Origin: Camelus dromedarius
Lineage: Eukaryota
Length of the DNA stretch: 64,000 bases
Direction: 5' to 3'
NCBI RefSeq assembly: GCF_036321535.1
Contig: NC_087462.1
Span: forward strand, 6,014,001-6,078,000
Of the stretch, positions 21,501-30,589 are shown piece by piece. The stretch's first letter is position 1, and each line of letters starts with the position of its first letter. Both the position numbers and the translations under genes were made by a program. The notes beneath the pieces were generated by a model. That model was not told the origin of the DNA and searched no databases. It was given only the letters and a program-made list of their open reading frames with translations.

Positions 21501-23427
21501 CTCAGTTTTTGGGTCTGATGAGAATGGACCATGTACAAATTAAGCAAGGATCACCCCCCGACACACAACTTGGAGGATTCAAGCAATGTGGTCCCTCTAG
21601 AGGAAGTGAGGGCCTGACTGCAAGACCCAGCTGAAGTCTCCATCTCACGATCCCCTGGGCCTCATAGAGATAAATCATTAAGCAACTGCATGCTTTGTTT
21701 GCTGTTCTCACTCCCTAGATCACACTTCTCTCAGATCTTCCCACGGCTGGCTCAACCCCCAGCCTTTGGTCGCCTAAAATAATCCCAGATGACCCTACAC
21801 ATACACACACACACAGTGTCCTGTTCATTGCCTCACTACACTGACAACAACCTAAAATTACCTACTCATTCAAGGATTTTTCTGCTTTGTTCACTGCTGT
21901 GTTGTCTGTGTCCGGATGCTGCCTGTAGGATGCTCAGTACATACTTGTTGATGCAATGTTCTCCCAGAGCCCAGGACCAGGTCTGTTAGGCATGTAGGTC
22001 TCCTGTCTCAGTGTGGTCCTGGCAGGACCTGGGAGGGTTTACTCAGGCCCATCCATAGCTGGCTCCTTTTGGCCAAATTCAAGGCTGGGTGAATCCCATC
22101 ATTGTCTACTCTGCCCCAGCCTTGCCTCAGGGAGACCAACGATCTCTCAGGTGCTGCCCACAGGCAGGCAGGACCCCAGATGGATAATCCCAGATCAGAG
22201 ACAGCCAGCCACACCCAAGGGACACACAGCAAAGACAGCCACAGGGTCTGGGGCTTGGGCCAAAACCAAGAGCAAGGAGGCCCCTCAGGAGGTTGGGGCT
22301 GGCAGCTTCAAGCAGGGAGGGGAAAAGTTGGGCGGCTGCCAGGTCCCAGTGCTTCCCTCTTGGCTGGGCTGGGCGTGGAGAGCCTGGCCTCCCATATCTG
22401 TTTCTCTTTGCAGCCTCTGGAGGCCACAGTCCCTGGGGGTAGGGAGGCACTGCTCTAGTCCTGTTTAAGCTTGTTTATGAGTGGTTTCCGGCCCCCTCCC
22501 CAAGGCCCTTCAGTCTCACAGTTTCCAGGAAGTTTCAGTCACACAAGGAGGGGTGTTGGGATCCCCTGCCCCAGGGCAGTGCCACATGGGGCGTGTGCCC
22601 AGCTCAGCCCTGGGAACCCAAAATGGGGAAGAAAAAGGAGAAACTGAGGACCACATCACCCCTCCATGGGAACCAGGGGAAGGAAAGCACCCTAGAAAGC
22701 GGGTGGAGAGGAAGCCTCATCTTGGCCTCATCTGGGCCGAGAGGGAAGGCTGCCTTCAGAGGTTCAAGGGAGGGGGTCCCTGTCGCCAAGACTCCGTGAA
22801 ATGGGAGCTAGCCCCACCTCCCTCGGCCCTTTATATAGGGAGGGGAAAGTTTCTCAACAGTTTCCTGCTTTCTTCTTGCCCCTTCGCCGGTGGGGCCCTC
22901 GTTTCCGCCTTCCCTAGGTGGAGGGCGAGACCCAAAGGGCTCCCACATTCGGTCTGTCTAGTCTGGCCTCAGTTTCCCTATCTGACCAAAAGCCCAGGAC
23001 AGCTGACATCTAGGGGGATGTGCGCAGGAGGAAGACGTGTACAAAGGGGAATGGAAAAGGAGGAGGATTTGGGGAGGTCGGGGCCCTGGTCTTCTTCCCA
23101 GCCCCAGTTGCCGTACCTCCCCTCCCCCGCCCTGCATCCGAGCCGCCCAGATAACGGGACCTCCCCTGGCGGAGCATGCGCCATGAGTCCTGGCCCATCA
23201 GCCGGAGAGGGAGCGGGGGCTCCCGAGAGGGGACGCGGGGCAACCCGGCGGAAGCAGGGAGGCGTGGGCTCTGCGCAGAGCAGAATTCAAGGCCGGGAAG
23301 CAAGAGGGGGGCCCCGGGCTGCAGCGCGGGTGTTTAAGATCACGGACGTCCCCCACCCCCAAGGCCTCCACACAACCCAGCAGAGGCAGCTCCTACCGTA
23401 GACTTCGTCCTTCCGCTCGTCCACCAT
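453..23427 (-). CDS. SLC44A2: Choline transporter-like protein 2 (CTL2), 3'-partial; alternative coding first exons 1a (23397-23427) and 1b (10143-10179), exons 2-20 in window
   Basis: Exons assembled with GT-AG boundaries and consistent phases; peptides [46 protein letters not shown] match CTL2; exon 1b plus exons 2-20 = 1929 nt (643 codons); exons 21-22 are off the left edge. Confidence 0.97.
702..772 (-). CDS. SLC44A2: SLC44A2 exon 19
   Basis: 71 nt, [23 protein letters not shown]. Confidence 0.95.
858..931 (-). CDS. SLC44A2: SLC44A2 exon 18
   Basis: 74 nt, [24 protein letters not shown]. Confidence 0.95.
1038..1141 (-). CDS. SLC44A2: SLC44A2 exon 17
   Basis: 104 nt, [34 protein letters not shown]. 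Confidence 0.95.
1799..1893 (-). CDS. SLC44A2: SLC44A2 exon 16
   Basis: 95 nt, [31 protein letters not shown]. Confidence 0.95.
1979..2241 (-). CDS. SLC44A2: SLC44A2 exon 15
   Basis: 263 nt, TFPSSNESR...FGRAL. Confidence 0.95.
2831..2915 (-). CDS. SLC44A2: SLC44A2 exon 14
   Basis: 85 nt, [28 protein letters not shown]. Confidence 0.93.
2916..3084 (-). other. SLC44A2: Probable U12-type (minor) intron, SLC44A2 intron 13
   Basis: 5'ss GTATCCAC; branch TTCCTTAAC (2934-2926) 10 nt before the exon; no polypyrimidine tract. Confidence 0.8.
3085..3177 (-). CDS. SLC44A2: SLC44A2 exon 13
   Basis: 93 nt, [30 protein letters not shown]; donor GTATCC. Confidence 0.93.
3263..3362 (-). CDS. SLC44A2: SLC44A2 exon 12
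   Basis: 100 nt, [32 protein letters not shown]. Confidence 0.95.
3454..3585 (-). CDS. SLC44A2: SLC44A2 exon 11
   Basis: 132 nt, IFHCYMEY...RQTWMAF. Confidence 0.95.
4480..4650. mobile_element. MIR (SLC44A2 intron 10)
   Basis: CCCATTTTATAGAGGAGGAAATTGAAGC...CCAAGGTCACAGAG. Confidence 0.7.
4935..5047 (-). CDS. SLC44A2: SLC44A2 exon 10
   Basis: 113 nt, transmembrane [21 protein letters not shown]...LGY. Confidence 0.95.
5141..5224 (-). CDS. SLC44A2: SLC44A2 exon 9
   Basis: 84 nt, [27 protein letters not shown]. Confidence 0.95.
5343..5466 (-). CDS. SLC44A2: SLC44A2 exon 8
   Basis: 124 nt, AQRCFPAIH...ELVEGA. Confidence 0.95.
5572..5632 (-). CDS. SLC44A2: SLC44A2 exon 7
   Basis: 61 nt, [20 protein letters not shown]. 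Confidence 0.95.
5721..5831 (-). CDS. SLC44A2: SLC44A2 exon 6
   Basis: 111 nt, [10 protein letters not shown]...VPGFKNNK. Confidence 0.95.
6062..6146 (-). CDS. SLC44A2: SLC44A2 exon 5
   Basis: 85 nt, [28 protein letters not shown]. Confidence 0.95.
6230..6440. mobile_element. MIR (SLC44A2 intron 4)
   Basis: CACTTCAGAGATGAGGAAAATGAGGCCCAGAGAGG...GGTCACACAGC. Confidence 0.75.
6720..6804 (-). CDS. SLC44A2: SLC44A2 exon 4
   Basis: 85 nt, [27 protein letters not shown]. Confidence 0.95.
6927..7000 (-). CDS. SLC44A2: SLC44A2 exon 3
   Basis: 74 nt, [24 protein letters not shown]. Confidence 0.95.
7140..7745 (+). mobile_element. LINE-1 ORF2 end / 3' UTR fragment
   Basis: GCAACCCAAGTGCCCATC..ATAGATGAATG, GGAATACTATTCAGCCAT, TGCCAAGTGAAATAAGTCAG. 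Confidence 0.8.
7890..8370 (+). mobile_element. LINE-1 3' end fragments
   Basis: TATGTAGGTCAATTATACTTC; CAATTATATCTCAATAAAACTGG. Confidence 0.75.
8593..8717 (+). mobile_element. Vic-1-like SINE
   Basis: GGGTATAGCTCAAGT...GGTTCAATCCCCAG head plus TAAACCTAATTACCTCC tail. Confidence 0.85.
9666..9714 (-). CDS. SLC44A2: SLC44A2 exon 2 ([17 protein letters not shown])
   Basis: 49 nt, TTTCAG acceptor, GTAAG donor. Confidence 0.95.
10080..10560 (-). promoter_or_regulatory. SLC44A2: CpG island / SLC44A2 proximal promoter
   Basis: Dense CpG, GC boxes, contains exon 1b. Confidence 0.8.
10143..10179 (-). CDS. SLC44A2: SLC44A2 exon 1b (proximal promoter isoform), [13 protein letters not shown]
   Basis: 37 nt, G|GTAGGC donor, phase 1, CpG island; resembles human MGDERPHYYGKHG. 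Confidence 0.93.
11950..12068 (+). mobile_element. Vic-1-like SINE
   Basis: Same head and tail; flanking AAATGTGGACC duplicated. Confidence 0.85.
12480..12990 (+). mobile_element. L2 3' fragment
   Basis: CTCAAACATCACCTCCTCAGAGAC...CTGTGTCTCCAGCGCCCAGCATAGCACCTGGCATAG...TTGTTAAATGAAT. Confidence 0.7.
13047..13128 (+). mobile_element. Vic-1-like SINE, internally deleted
   Basis: Head lacks the CCTGGG segment before the B box. Confidence 0.8.
14532..14663 (-). mobile_element. Vic-1-like SINE
   Basis: Reverse-complement head and tail. Confidence 0.85.
14700..15085 (-). mobile_element. LINE-1 3' end (cetartiodactyl type)
   Basis: TTGAAGTATAGTTGATGTACAAT...CTCCCTACTGGTAACCACT...CTGACTTATTTCACTTAGCAT. 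Confidence 0.8.
15095..15390 (+). mobile_element. LINE-1 fragment hosting the tRNA-Lys half insertion
   Basis: AATATGGGCAGAAGAACTGAACAGACATTTTTCC...AGAGTGGCCATCATCAAAAA. Confidence 0.8.
15187..15226 (+). pseudogene. Tailless 5'-half tRNA-Lys(CTT) retrocopy with 14-bp TSD
   Basis: 15191-15228 matches tRNA-Lys-CTT positions 1-38 at 35/38; AAAATATGGGCAGA at 15173-15186 and 15227-15240. Confidence 0.85.
15391..15566. other. N-run (176 N)
   Basis: Unresolved or masked bases. Confidence 0.99.
15990..16107 (-). mobile_element. Vic-1-like SINE inside an L1 3' end
   Basis: Reverse-complement head. Confidence 0.8.
17767..17885 (+). mobile_element. Vic-1-like SINE
   Basis: Head and tail match the family. 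Confidence 0.85.
17960..18150 (+). mobile_element. LINE-1 3' end (cetartiodactyl type)
   Basis: AACAAGGATCTACTGTATAGCACAGGGAACTATATTCAAT...TCAACTATACTTCAAT. Confidence 0.8.
19553..19655 (+). mobile_element. Vic-1-like SINE
   Basis: Head plus A-rich tail. Confidence 0.85.
19763..19873 (-). mobile_element. Vic-1-like SINE
   Basis: TSD CCAGATATTAAAG at 19750-19762 and 19874-19886. Confidence 0.88.
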
Positions 23428-23640
23428 GGCCGCGGCGGGCGGGGAAGGGAGTGCGAGCCAGAGCGACCCCAGCCCCGGAGGGCGGGAGGCTCCGCCGGCT
23501 GCAGCTCCCCGCCCCAGGCCCGGCCCCGCCCCTCCCGCCGGTCGGCCCCGCGGGCCCCATCCAATGGGAGCTCCGAGCGGGCGAGGGGCGGCACCCGGGG
23601 GGCGGGGCCGGGCTCTGGATGGGGTGGGGCCCCAACCTTT
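23150..23640 (-). promoter_or_regulatory. SLC44A2: CpG island / SLC44A2 distal promoter
   Basis: Dense CpG; GC boxes near 23523 and 23600; CCAAT at 23561-23565; contains exon 1a. Confidence 0.8.
23397..23427 (-). CDS. SLC44A2: SLC44A2 exon 1a (distal promoter isoform), [11 protein letters not shown]
   Basis: GCC ATG G Kozak, 31 nt, G|GTAGGA donor, phase 1 fits exon 2, CpG island. Confidence 0.92.
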
Positions 23641-24014
23641 GTTTCCCATCTGGGCTTAGGAGAGACTCTCTCCGTGTGTATAGTGGGCAAGAAGCAGTCG
23701 TCATTCGTTCAACCATCTATCCATCCATTCATTCGCCAAATAGATACTGAGCGCGGACTATGTGCCAGTGAACAGACAAAATGATGCTATTTTCATTCAT
23801 CATATTGGCAAGAATTTTAGTTTGGTAACATCAAGCTGGGTGAGCTGATGCTGTGGGTCAGAATGTTCTCTGGCAGAAAGATTAAATCCCAATCGTCTCC
23901 ACCCTGTGCGGTTCCTCTCTGCCACTGACCCTGGAGAAGTCATCGCAGGTGTGTATGTATGGGGAGTACGTGCCAAAGAGTGTTACCTGAAGCTTTGATA
24001 GTTATTGTAAAAAT

Positions 24015-24150
24015 GGGGGAGGGTATAGCTCAAGTGGTGGAGTGCATGCTAAGCATGCGTGAAGTCCTTGGTTCAATCTCCAGTACCTCCTCTAAAAATA
24101 AAAACAAAACCTAATTAACCCCCCACCAAAATTTAAAAAATAATATTTTT
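24015..24150 (+). mobile_element. Vic-1-like SINE
   Basis: Head and tail match the family. Confidence 0.85.
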
Positions 24151-24254
24151 TTAAATGGGGGAGAACTTGTGTATTCATCAATACAGGGGTGTATACAACA
24201 CAATAGACACAATGGTATCATCACCATGCAACAGATAAAAAGAATGAAGTCATC

Positions 24255-25140
24255 TGGGGAATGCAAATTAAAACCTTACAATACACCTCTACACACCTAC
24301 AGGAATAGTTAAAACTCAAAAGATTGAGGTGTTGATGAGGATCTGGAGTACATGGGGCTCTTCCACACTGCTGGTGGGAATGTGAAATGGTACAACCACT
24401 TGGAAAAAGATCTGGTAGTTTCTTGTAAATGGGTGCCTACCATATGACCCAGCCATTCTACTCCTGGGTATTTACGGGTATTTACCCAAGAAAAATAAAA
24501 CCACAAAACCACTAAAAAAAAAAAAAAGAAAGAAAAAAAAAAAAGAAAAAAACCTTGCAAATCTATGCAAATGTTCAAAGTAGCTTTATTCATAACGGCC
24601 CCAAATTGGAAGCAACTCAAATGTCCATCAGCTGGTGAATGGCTGGTTCATCAAACTACAATTCATCCATACCAAGGACCACTCCTCATCAATTAAAAGG
24701 AGAGGAGTATTGGTACTGCTAAACACAATAGCTTGGATGAATTTTCAGAAGAAAAAAAAAAAAGAAAGAAAGAAAAGAAAAAAAAAAAGAGCATTATGCA
24801 AAAGGAAAAAGAGCATTATACCAAAGGAAAATTTGGTATCAAATTCTAGGACAGGCATAGTTAATCAGTCTATGGTAACAGAACATCGATCATCGGGGGA
24901 AAGGGGAGGTGTAAGGATAAATTGGGAGTTGGGAATTTGCAGATACTAACACTATGTATACAATAGATAAACAGCAAGGTCTTACTGATAGCATAGGGAA
25001 TTATAGTCAATACTTTGTAATAGCTTATAATAAAAAAGACTATGAAAAGGAATATATACATATATGTATAACTGAATCACTATGCTGTACACCAGAAATT
25101 AACACAACATTGTAAACCGACTACACTTAAATAAAACTAA
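24255..25140 (+). mobile_element. LINE-1 fragments (older L1M plus younger 3' end)
   Basis: GGAATGCAAATTAAAACC, CTGCTGGTGGGAATGTGAAATGG; 3' end GCTGTACACCAGAAATTAACACAACATTGTAAA. Confidence 0.75.
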
Positions 25141-25142
25141 AA

Positions 25143-25143
<1 letters not shown>

Positions 25144-25198
<55 letters not shown>
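25144..25198. repeat. (ATA)n microsatellite
   Basis: About 18 uninterrupted units between an L1 3' end and a SINE. Confidence 0.95.
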
Positions 25199-25203
<5 letters not shown>

Positions 25204-25207
25204 TTTT

Positions 25208-25345
25208 GGAGGGAGGGTATAGCTCAAGTGGTAGAGTGCATGCTTAGCATGCACGAGGTCCTGGGTTCAATCCCCAGTACCTCCTTCAAAAAAACATAAA
25301 TAAATATGTAAACCTAATTACCTCCCCACCTAAAAATTTAAAAAA
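25208..25345 (+). mobile_element. Vic-1-like SINE
   Basis: Near-consensus head and tail. Confidence 0.88.
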
Positions 25346-26204
25346 TAATAAATTTCCATTGCAAAGCTAGAAAAAGAGAAAAGAACATAGATCAGAGGCG
25401 GCCTTTGCAGTTGGTTGGTAGTGACTGGCAGGGCCATAGGGTGGCTTCCGGAGGCAGTAGGGGTGGAAACAGATCTGTGGTTAAACAGGTGGATTCGGTT
25501 TCTCACACTTACTTGACATCTGCCCTTTCTTAACATATGTTACATTTTAAAAGTGGGTAAGTTTTTAAACAGTTTAAGAAAGAAGGAGGTGACCCTGCAG
25601 GTTAGAACAAGAGTAAATGTTTATAGGAAGCTTAATCTGCATCAGATGAGGTGTTAAGTCCTTTACATTAAATCTTTCGAACAATTTTCCAATTTGGGAA
25701 AGAGAGGTTAAGCAATTTATTGTCTTTTGTATTACTTCTTGTAACCATTTTCTACTTGTGGAAAGTGACACAGAGAGATTAAGTCATTTACCTAAAATCA
25801 CACAGTTAATAAGCTTGGTGTTGTATAAGAAGCTGAACCCACAGAGCCTGACTTCACAACCCACACAGGCACCACACCCCTCAACCACAACCCTGCAAAG
25901 TAGCTCCGCTGGGCTCTCAGGTCCTATCATGAGTAAAAATAGCACGTTTTATCTAGTCAGTTATGCATGGCATGCACAGGAGAAACAGCAAGAGATATAT
26001 CACATAGAAACACGCATCTGCAGGTAACAACAGATCTGAACACGTCAGCAAATGTCAGAGGGATCAGGGTGGGGGGAGGGGAGAAAGGGGAATGTTTCCT
26101 GATCTATAATGTTCTATCTTTCTCCTTCTCTCTTAAGTGGGAGAGAAAGTAGTCCTAAGGTTTTTGGGTGATTAAAAGTCCATTTCAAACAATAGATTTA
26201 AGCA

Positions 26205-26920
26205 AGCCGGTCCCGTAAGGACCAAATACTGTATGGTCCCACTTATAGGGTGTCCCTAGAGGAGTCAAAACCATAGACAGAAAGTAGAATGGTGGGTGCC
26301 AGGGCCTGGGGGAGGGTAAGTTATTGCTTATTGGGGATAGAGTTTCTGTTTCAGAAGAGGAAGAGTTCTTGAGACAGATGGTGGTGCTGGTTGTGCAACA
26401 ATGTGAAGGTACTTTATGCCACTGGACTGGACACTTAAAATGGATAAAATGGAGTAAGGGTATAGCTCAATGGTGGAGTGGGTGCTTAGCATGAATGAGG
26501 TCCTGGGTTCAATCTCCTAGCACCTCCATATACATAAATAAATAAACCTAATTACCCTCCTCCCCCCCAAAAAAGAATAAAAAAAATGGATAAAATGGCC
26601 AATTTTATGTGAGATATATATATATATATAACACCACAATAAACATTTTAAATAGATTTTTTAAAACACAGTGCAACATGGGGGAGGTGAGGGATAAATT
26701 AGGAGTATGGGATTAACAGATACACACTACCATATATAAAAGAGCTAAACAAGGATGTCCTGTATAGCACAGAGAACGATATACTCAATATCTGGCAATA
26801 ACCTATAATTGGAAAGAATCAAGAAAAAGAATATATGTATACATATAACTGAATCACTTTGCTGTACATCTGAAACTAACACAATATTGAAATCAACTAC
26901 ACTTCAATTAAATAAATAAA
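26205..26920 (+). mobile_element. LINE-1 3' ends (older L1M and younger)
   Basis: AAATACTGTATGGTCCCACTTATAG...GAAAGTAGAATGGTGGGTGCCAGGG; GGGATTAACAGATACACACTACC. Confidence 0.75.
26453..26582 (+). mobile_element. Vic-1-like SINE inserted in an L1 3' end
   Basis: TSD AAAATGGATAAAATGG at 26437-26452 and 26583-26598. Confidence 0.88.
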
Positions 26921-28109
26921 TCAGAACACACAAACAAACAATTCCAACTAGCTTTGGCATTTACACCTTGAGAAATAAAAAGTATGAATTGAAAAAAATA
27001 TGGTGAAACACAGCTGTGTTGGGGGTCACGGAAGACTTGGGAAAGTCTAGAGGAGGGATCTGACCTAGATCCTTAGTGGGTGGGAGGTCAGAGGGTGCTT
27101 CAGAAGAGGAGACCTGGGAACTAAGTAAGGATGAGGCAGAGAAAGCAAAAGGGCAGACGTCATGCACTGAGGGAGTCATGTGGCAGAGGAAGGAGAGAAA
27201 GAGAGAGAGGAACTGAAATTAGGGATGTCATTGTGTCTGAGTCTATGGTTTCAAGCCACACATCGTGGGAGAGGTCAGCAGGGGTGACTGCTAAGCAGGG
27301 CAGCTTGAGTGTAATGGGGAGCCATGGGCGATGTGAGGGGGAGGGAGGGCTGTAGGAGCTGTGAGTTTCAGGGAGATCCTGTTAGTGATGTGGAGAGAGG
27401 GTTGAAGGGGATGCCTAGAGGCAGGGTCCCTGTAGGCGTCTGGGAGGAACTGAGGCAGGGCCCCAGCTTCTGCGGATAGGGGAGGTTGCAGCTGCAGTGG
27501 GGCCACCTTGTACACAGAGCTGCTCTGTTCTCTGACCCCACAGAAGCTTTTGGGCTCATGAAATTTTCAGCCAAACAGGCTCTGAGTTTCAGATTCCAGG
27601 GCGCTCGGCCCAGGCTTTTGGGTCCTGTTTACTGCTTGAAAACTTCTGGGGCCCCAGGAGAAGGGCCCTTGCAAAGTTCAACAATGCTTCAGCTGGGGCA
27701 AGGGCCTGGCAGTGTCCACAATCCATCTGGGTCACTTTCTGAGCAAGGGGCTGATAAGAGCACGGAGGACCTCCATTTTTGGGGCAGAGAAAGCATAAAA
27801 CCTCAGGCTTTGTGGGGCTAGAATTCCAGGTCTACCTCTGCTGGCTCAGTGATTTTTGTATGAGTCATTCTCTATTTCTCAGCCTCAGTTTTCTTATCTG
27901 TCAAATGGAAAGAACAGGGTCCCTAACTCAGAGAAACAATTGCTCCAGGAAGATTCCCACATGGGAGACTTTTAAGGCAGCACCTGAATATAGAGAGCAC
28001 CAAATTGGGGTTAGCTATTGTTCTTAATAGTAATACTTGTATCCTGCAAGGTAACAGATAAGTTGGAAGAGGGCTGGGACCCAGTTCTCAGACTCCAAAA
28101 TTCAGGTTC

Positions 28110-28255
28110 GGGGGGAAGGGTATAGCTCAGTGTTAGAGTGTGTGCTTAGCATGCACAAGGTCCTGGGTTCAATCCCCAGTACCTCCATTAAAAAAATAAA
28201 TAAACCTAATTACCTCCCCCCTAAAAAAAAGAAAAGAAAAGAAAAGAAAACAAAC
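28110..28255 (+). mobile_element. Vic-1-like SINE
   Basis: Near-consensus head and tail. Confidence 0.88.
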
Positions 28256-28989
28256 GCAATTCAGTTTCAAATTCTGTCTCAACTGCTGTGTGGCCTTGGG
28301 CAAATGGCTTCACCTCTTTGTGCCTCTGTTTCTTTCTCCATAAGACAGGAAAGTAAGTGCTCAGAGAATGATGTTAGAAGCAACTGAGAGGTGAGTGGGT
28401 GGTTCTGATAGCTGCTGTTCTCTCTTCTCCCTCCCTTGAGACTCCTGCCCATCTCACCGTCAGGGGCTGATAAAGGACTGGGGCTGAGTTTGGGGAAAGA
28501 GAGAGGATGCCTGGAAGAGCTGAGTGCCTCCCCCCAACCCCAGGCCTCGCAGGACCCTCCCTCCCTCTGGAGCAGATCCTTCCCAGACAGGTTGAGATTC
28601 ATTTTCCGATTCCTTCGCCCCACTACCAAACTTCCCGGTGAACAGTCCCGGGATGGAACCCAGGGTCTGCAATAGCTATTTAGTGGGGAGTGTAAGTCCT
28701 GTGCCAGGCATTGAGTTGTGCCCAGTAACTCAGTGATGCAGCCTGAGGAGACAGCACCACAGCTGTCATACCCATTTAACAAAAGGAGAGACTGAGGCAC
28801 GAGTGGAGCCATCCCTAGCCCAATGCCTCACAGCCAATGGTGGAGTCAGGATTCAGACCCAGCTCCTGCACTCTTAACTGCCATACAGTAAATAACAATC
28901 ATAGAGAGTAATAATAACATCACTGAGCACTGGCTCCATCCCAGGCACAGTTCCAAGCATCAGGTTGTGCATCATAACACAGTTGAGTT

Positions 28990-29110
28990 GGGAGGGTATA
29001 GCTCAGTGGTAGAGCGCATGCCTAGCATGCCCAAGGTCCTGGGTTCAATCCCCAGTGCCTTCACTAAAATAAAAAAATAAACCTAATTACTTCCCCCCAA
29101 ACAACAAACA
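28990..29110 (+). mobile_element. Vic-1-like SINE
   Basis: Head and tail match the family. Confidence 0.85.
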
Positions 29111-29654
29111 AACATAATGCAGTGGAGCTGGACTAGAACCTAATTAGGAAAGTGCAGTATGAACCGTATTTCACAGATGTGCAAACCGAGAGCCAGGGAG
29201 GGGAGACCAGGTGCCTGAGGCCACTCAGCTGGCTGCTTGCAGACCCAGGACTTGAGCCCAGTCGGTAGGATTCAGAACCCTGGCACTCAACCAGCACACA
29301 CATAAACACAACAAAAGCGATATTAGTACCAGTTTTGTGCCAGGCTCTGCACTGGGATTCTTTCTCTTGGATCATCTCTGCTCCTAAGGTTGTGGTGGAA
29401 ATTTAGAAAGCCCTGACTCTCTCAACGCAGTTAAAGGGCTGGGCAAATAGTCACTGGCAATAATGTGGTCTTATTGTGTTGTGTCTCCATTTACAGGTAC
29501 CCTCGGCCTTTCTCACATGTCAGCACCTTTTCTGATTTCCCTGCCTCACAGGCAGCCCCATTCATTCTCCAACTCTGGCACCCCAACCTCCTGCCACCAA
29601 ATCAGCTGCCTTTGGGGCTCCCATCCACCAGGGATAACCATGTTTTTGGTTTTC

Positions 29655-29780
29655 TCTTTTTAGGGGGAGAGGTAACTAGGTTTGTTTATTTATTTATTTA
29701 AATGGAGGTATTGGGGCTTGAACCCAGGACCTCGTGCATGCTAGGCATGTACTCTACCACTGAGCTATCCCCTCCCCCCT
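29655..29780 (-). mobile_element. Vic-1-like SINE
   Basis: Reverse-complement head and tail. Confidence 0.85.
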
Positions 29781-30070
29781 TTTTTTTTGGTTCCCAGTTG
29801 TGTGCCTCTCGCCCTCCCTAGAACAGCAGTGGAATGGCTTTTCTGTGTCGCCATCCACAGTGCCACAGTGGGGTGCTCAAAAAAAATTCATTCCCTGAGA
29901 ACCATCATCAAGTTTCATTACCATCACCCTAATGAAAGCAGCTTCCATATGTCCAGTAGGTGCTCAATGAATGTTGGTTGATGAGTAACACGATCACAAT
30001 TATAGTCACCATAATAATGACCATTTATGCTTTCAACATTTTATCAACATCTTCAATGTCACATAGTAGG

Positions 30071-30116
30071 CGCACCCTTTGATAGCTCAGCTGGCGAAGC
30101 AGAGAACTACAGAGAT
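30071..30116 (+). pseudogene. Tailless 5'-half tRNA-Tyr(GTA) retrocopy with 16-bp TSD
   Basis: 30076-30112 matches tRNA-Tyr positions 1-37 at 29/37; AATGTCACATAGTAGG at 30055-30070 and 30117-30132. Confidence 0.75.
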
Positions 30117-30431
30117 AATGTCACATAGTAGGAGCTTATAAATATTTTTGGAAGGAATGAGTGGCATTAGGAATAATCATAAAAGCAGCTGCATTTGTCC
30201 TACTCAGAGTGCAAGCCACAATTCCCGTCACTGCGTGAAAGTATTTGCTTAAGTAAATATTTGAGTGAAAGAATAAATTAATTCATAAATATGTATTGTA
30301 TTAATTATTTAATTAATTGGACAAATATTATTGAACACCCAGGGCTGGGCACTGGGGACACAGTCATGAAAAGGACAAAGTCCCTGCTCTATTGGGGCTG
30401 ACAAGCGTGTAGGAGTGACAGGAGAAACAAG

Positions 30432-30530
30432 ATGAATGGAGAATTGGATGGATGAATGGATGGATGGTTAGTTGGACGGGTGGACAGATGGATGGATGGA
30501 TGGATGGATGGATGATAGATGGGTAGGTGG
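30432..30530. repeat. (GGAT)n microsatellite upstream of AP1M2
   Basis: Imperfect GGAT/GGGT array with a perfect core. Confidence 0.9.
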
Positions 30531-30589
30531 TTGGTCTGGAGTCTCCGCCCATCAGCACTCCAGGGCTCAGAGGGAAAGTGAGGCAGGAC

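Noticed and set aside
22481-23401. 306-aa + strand ORF
   Set aside because: Antisense to SLC44A2 intron 1 and CpG island; low-complexity G/P/R content and no recognisable domain
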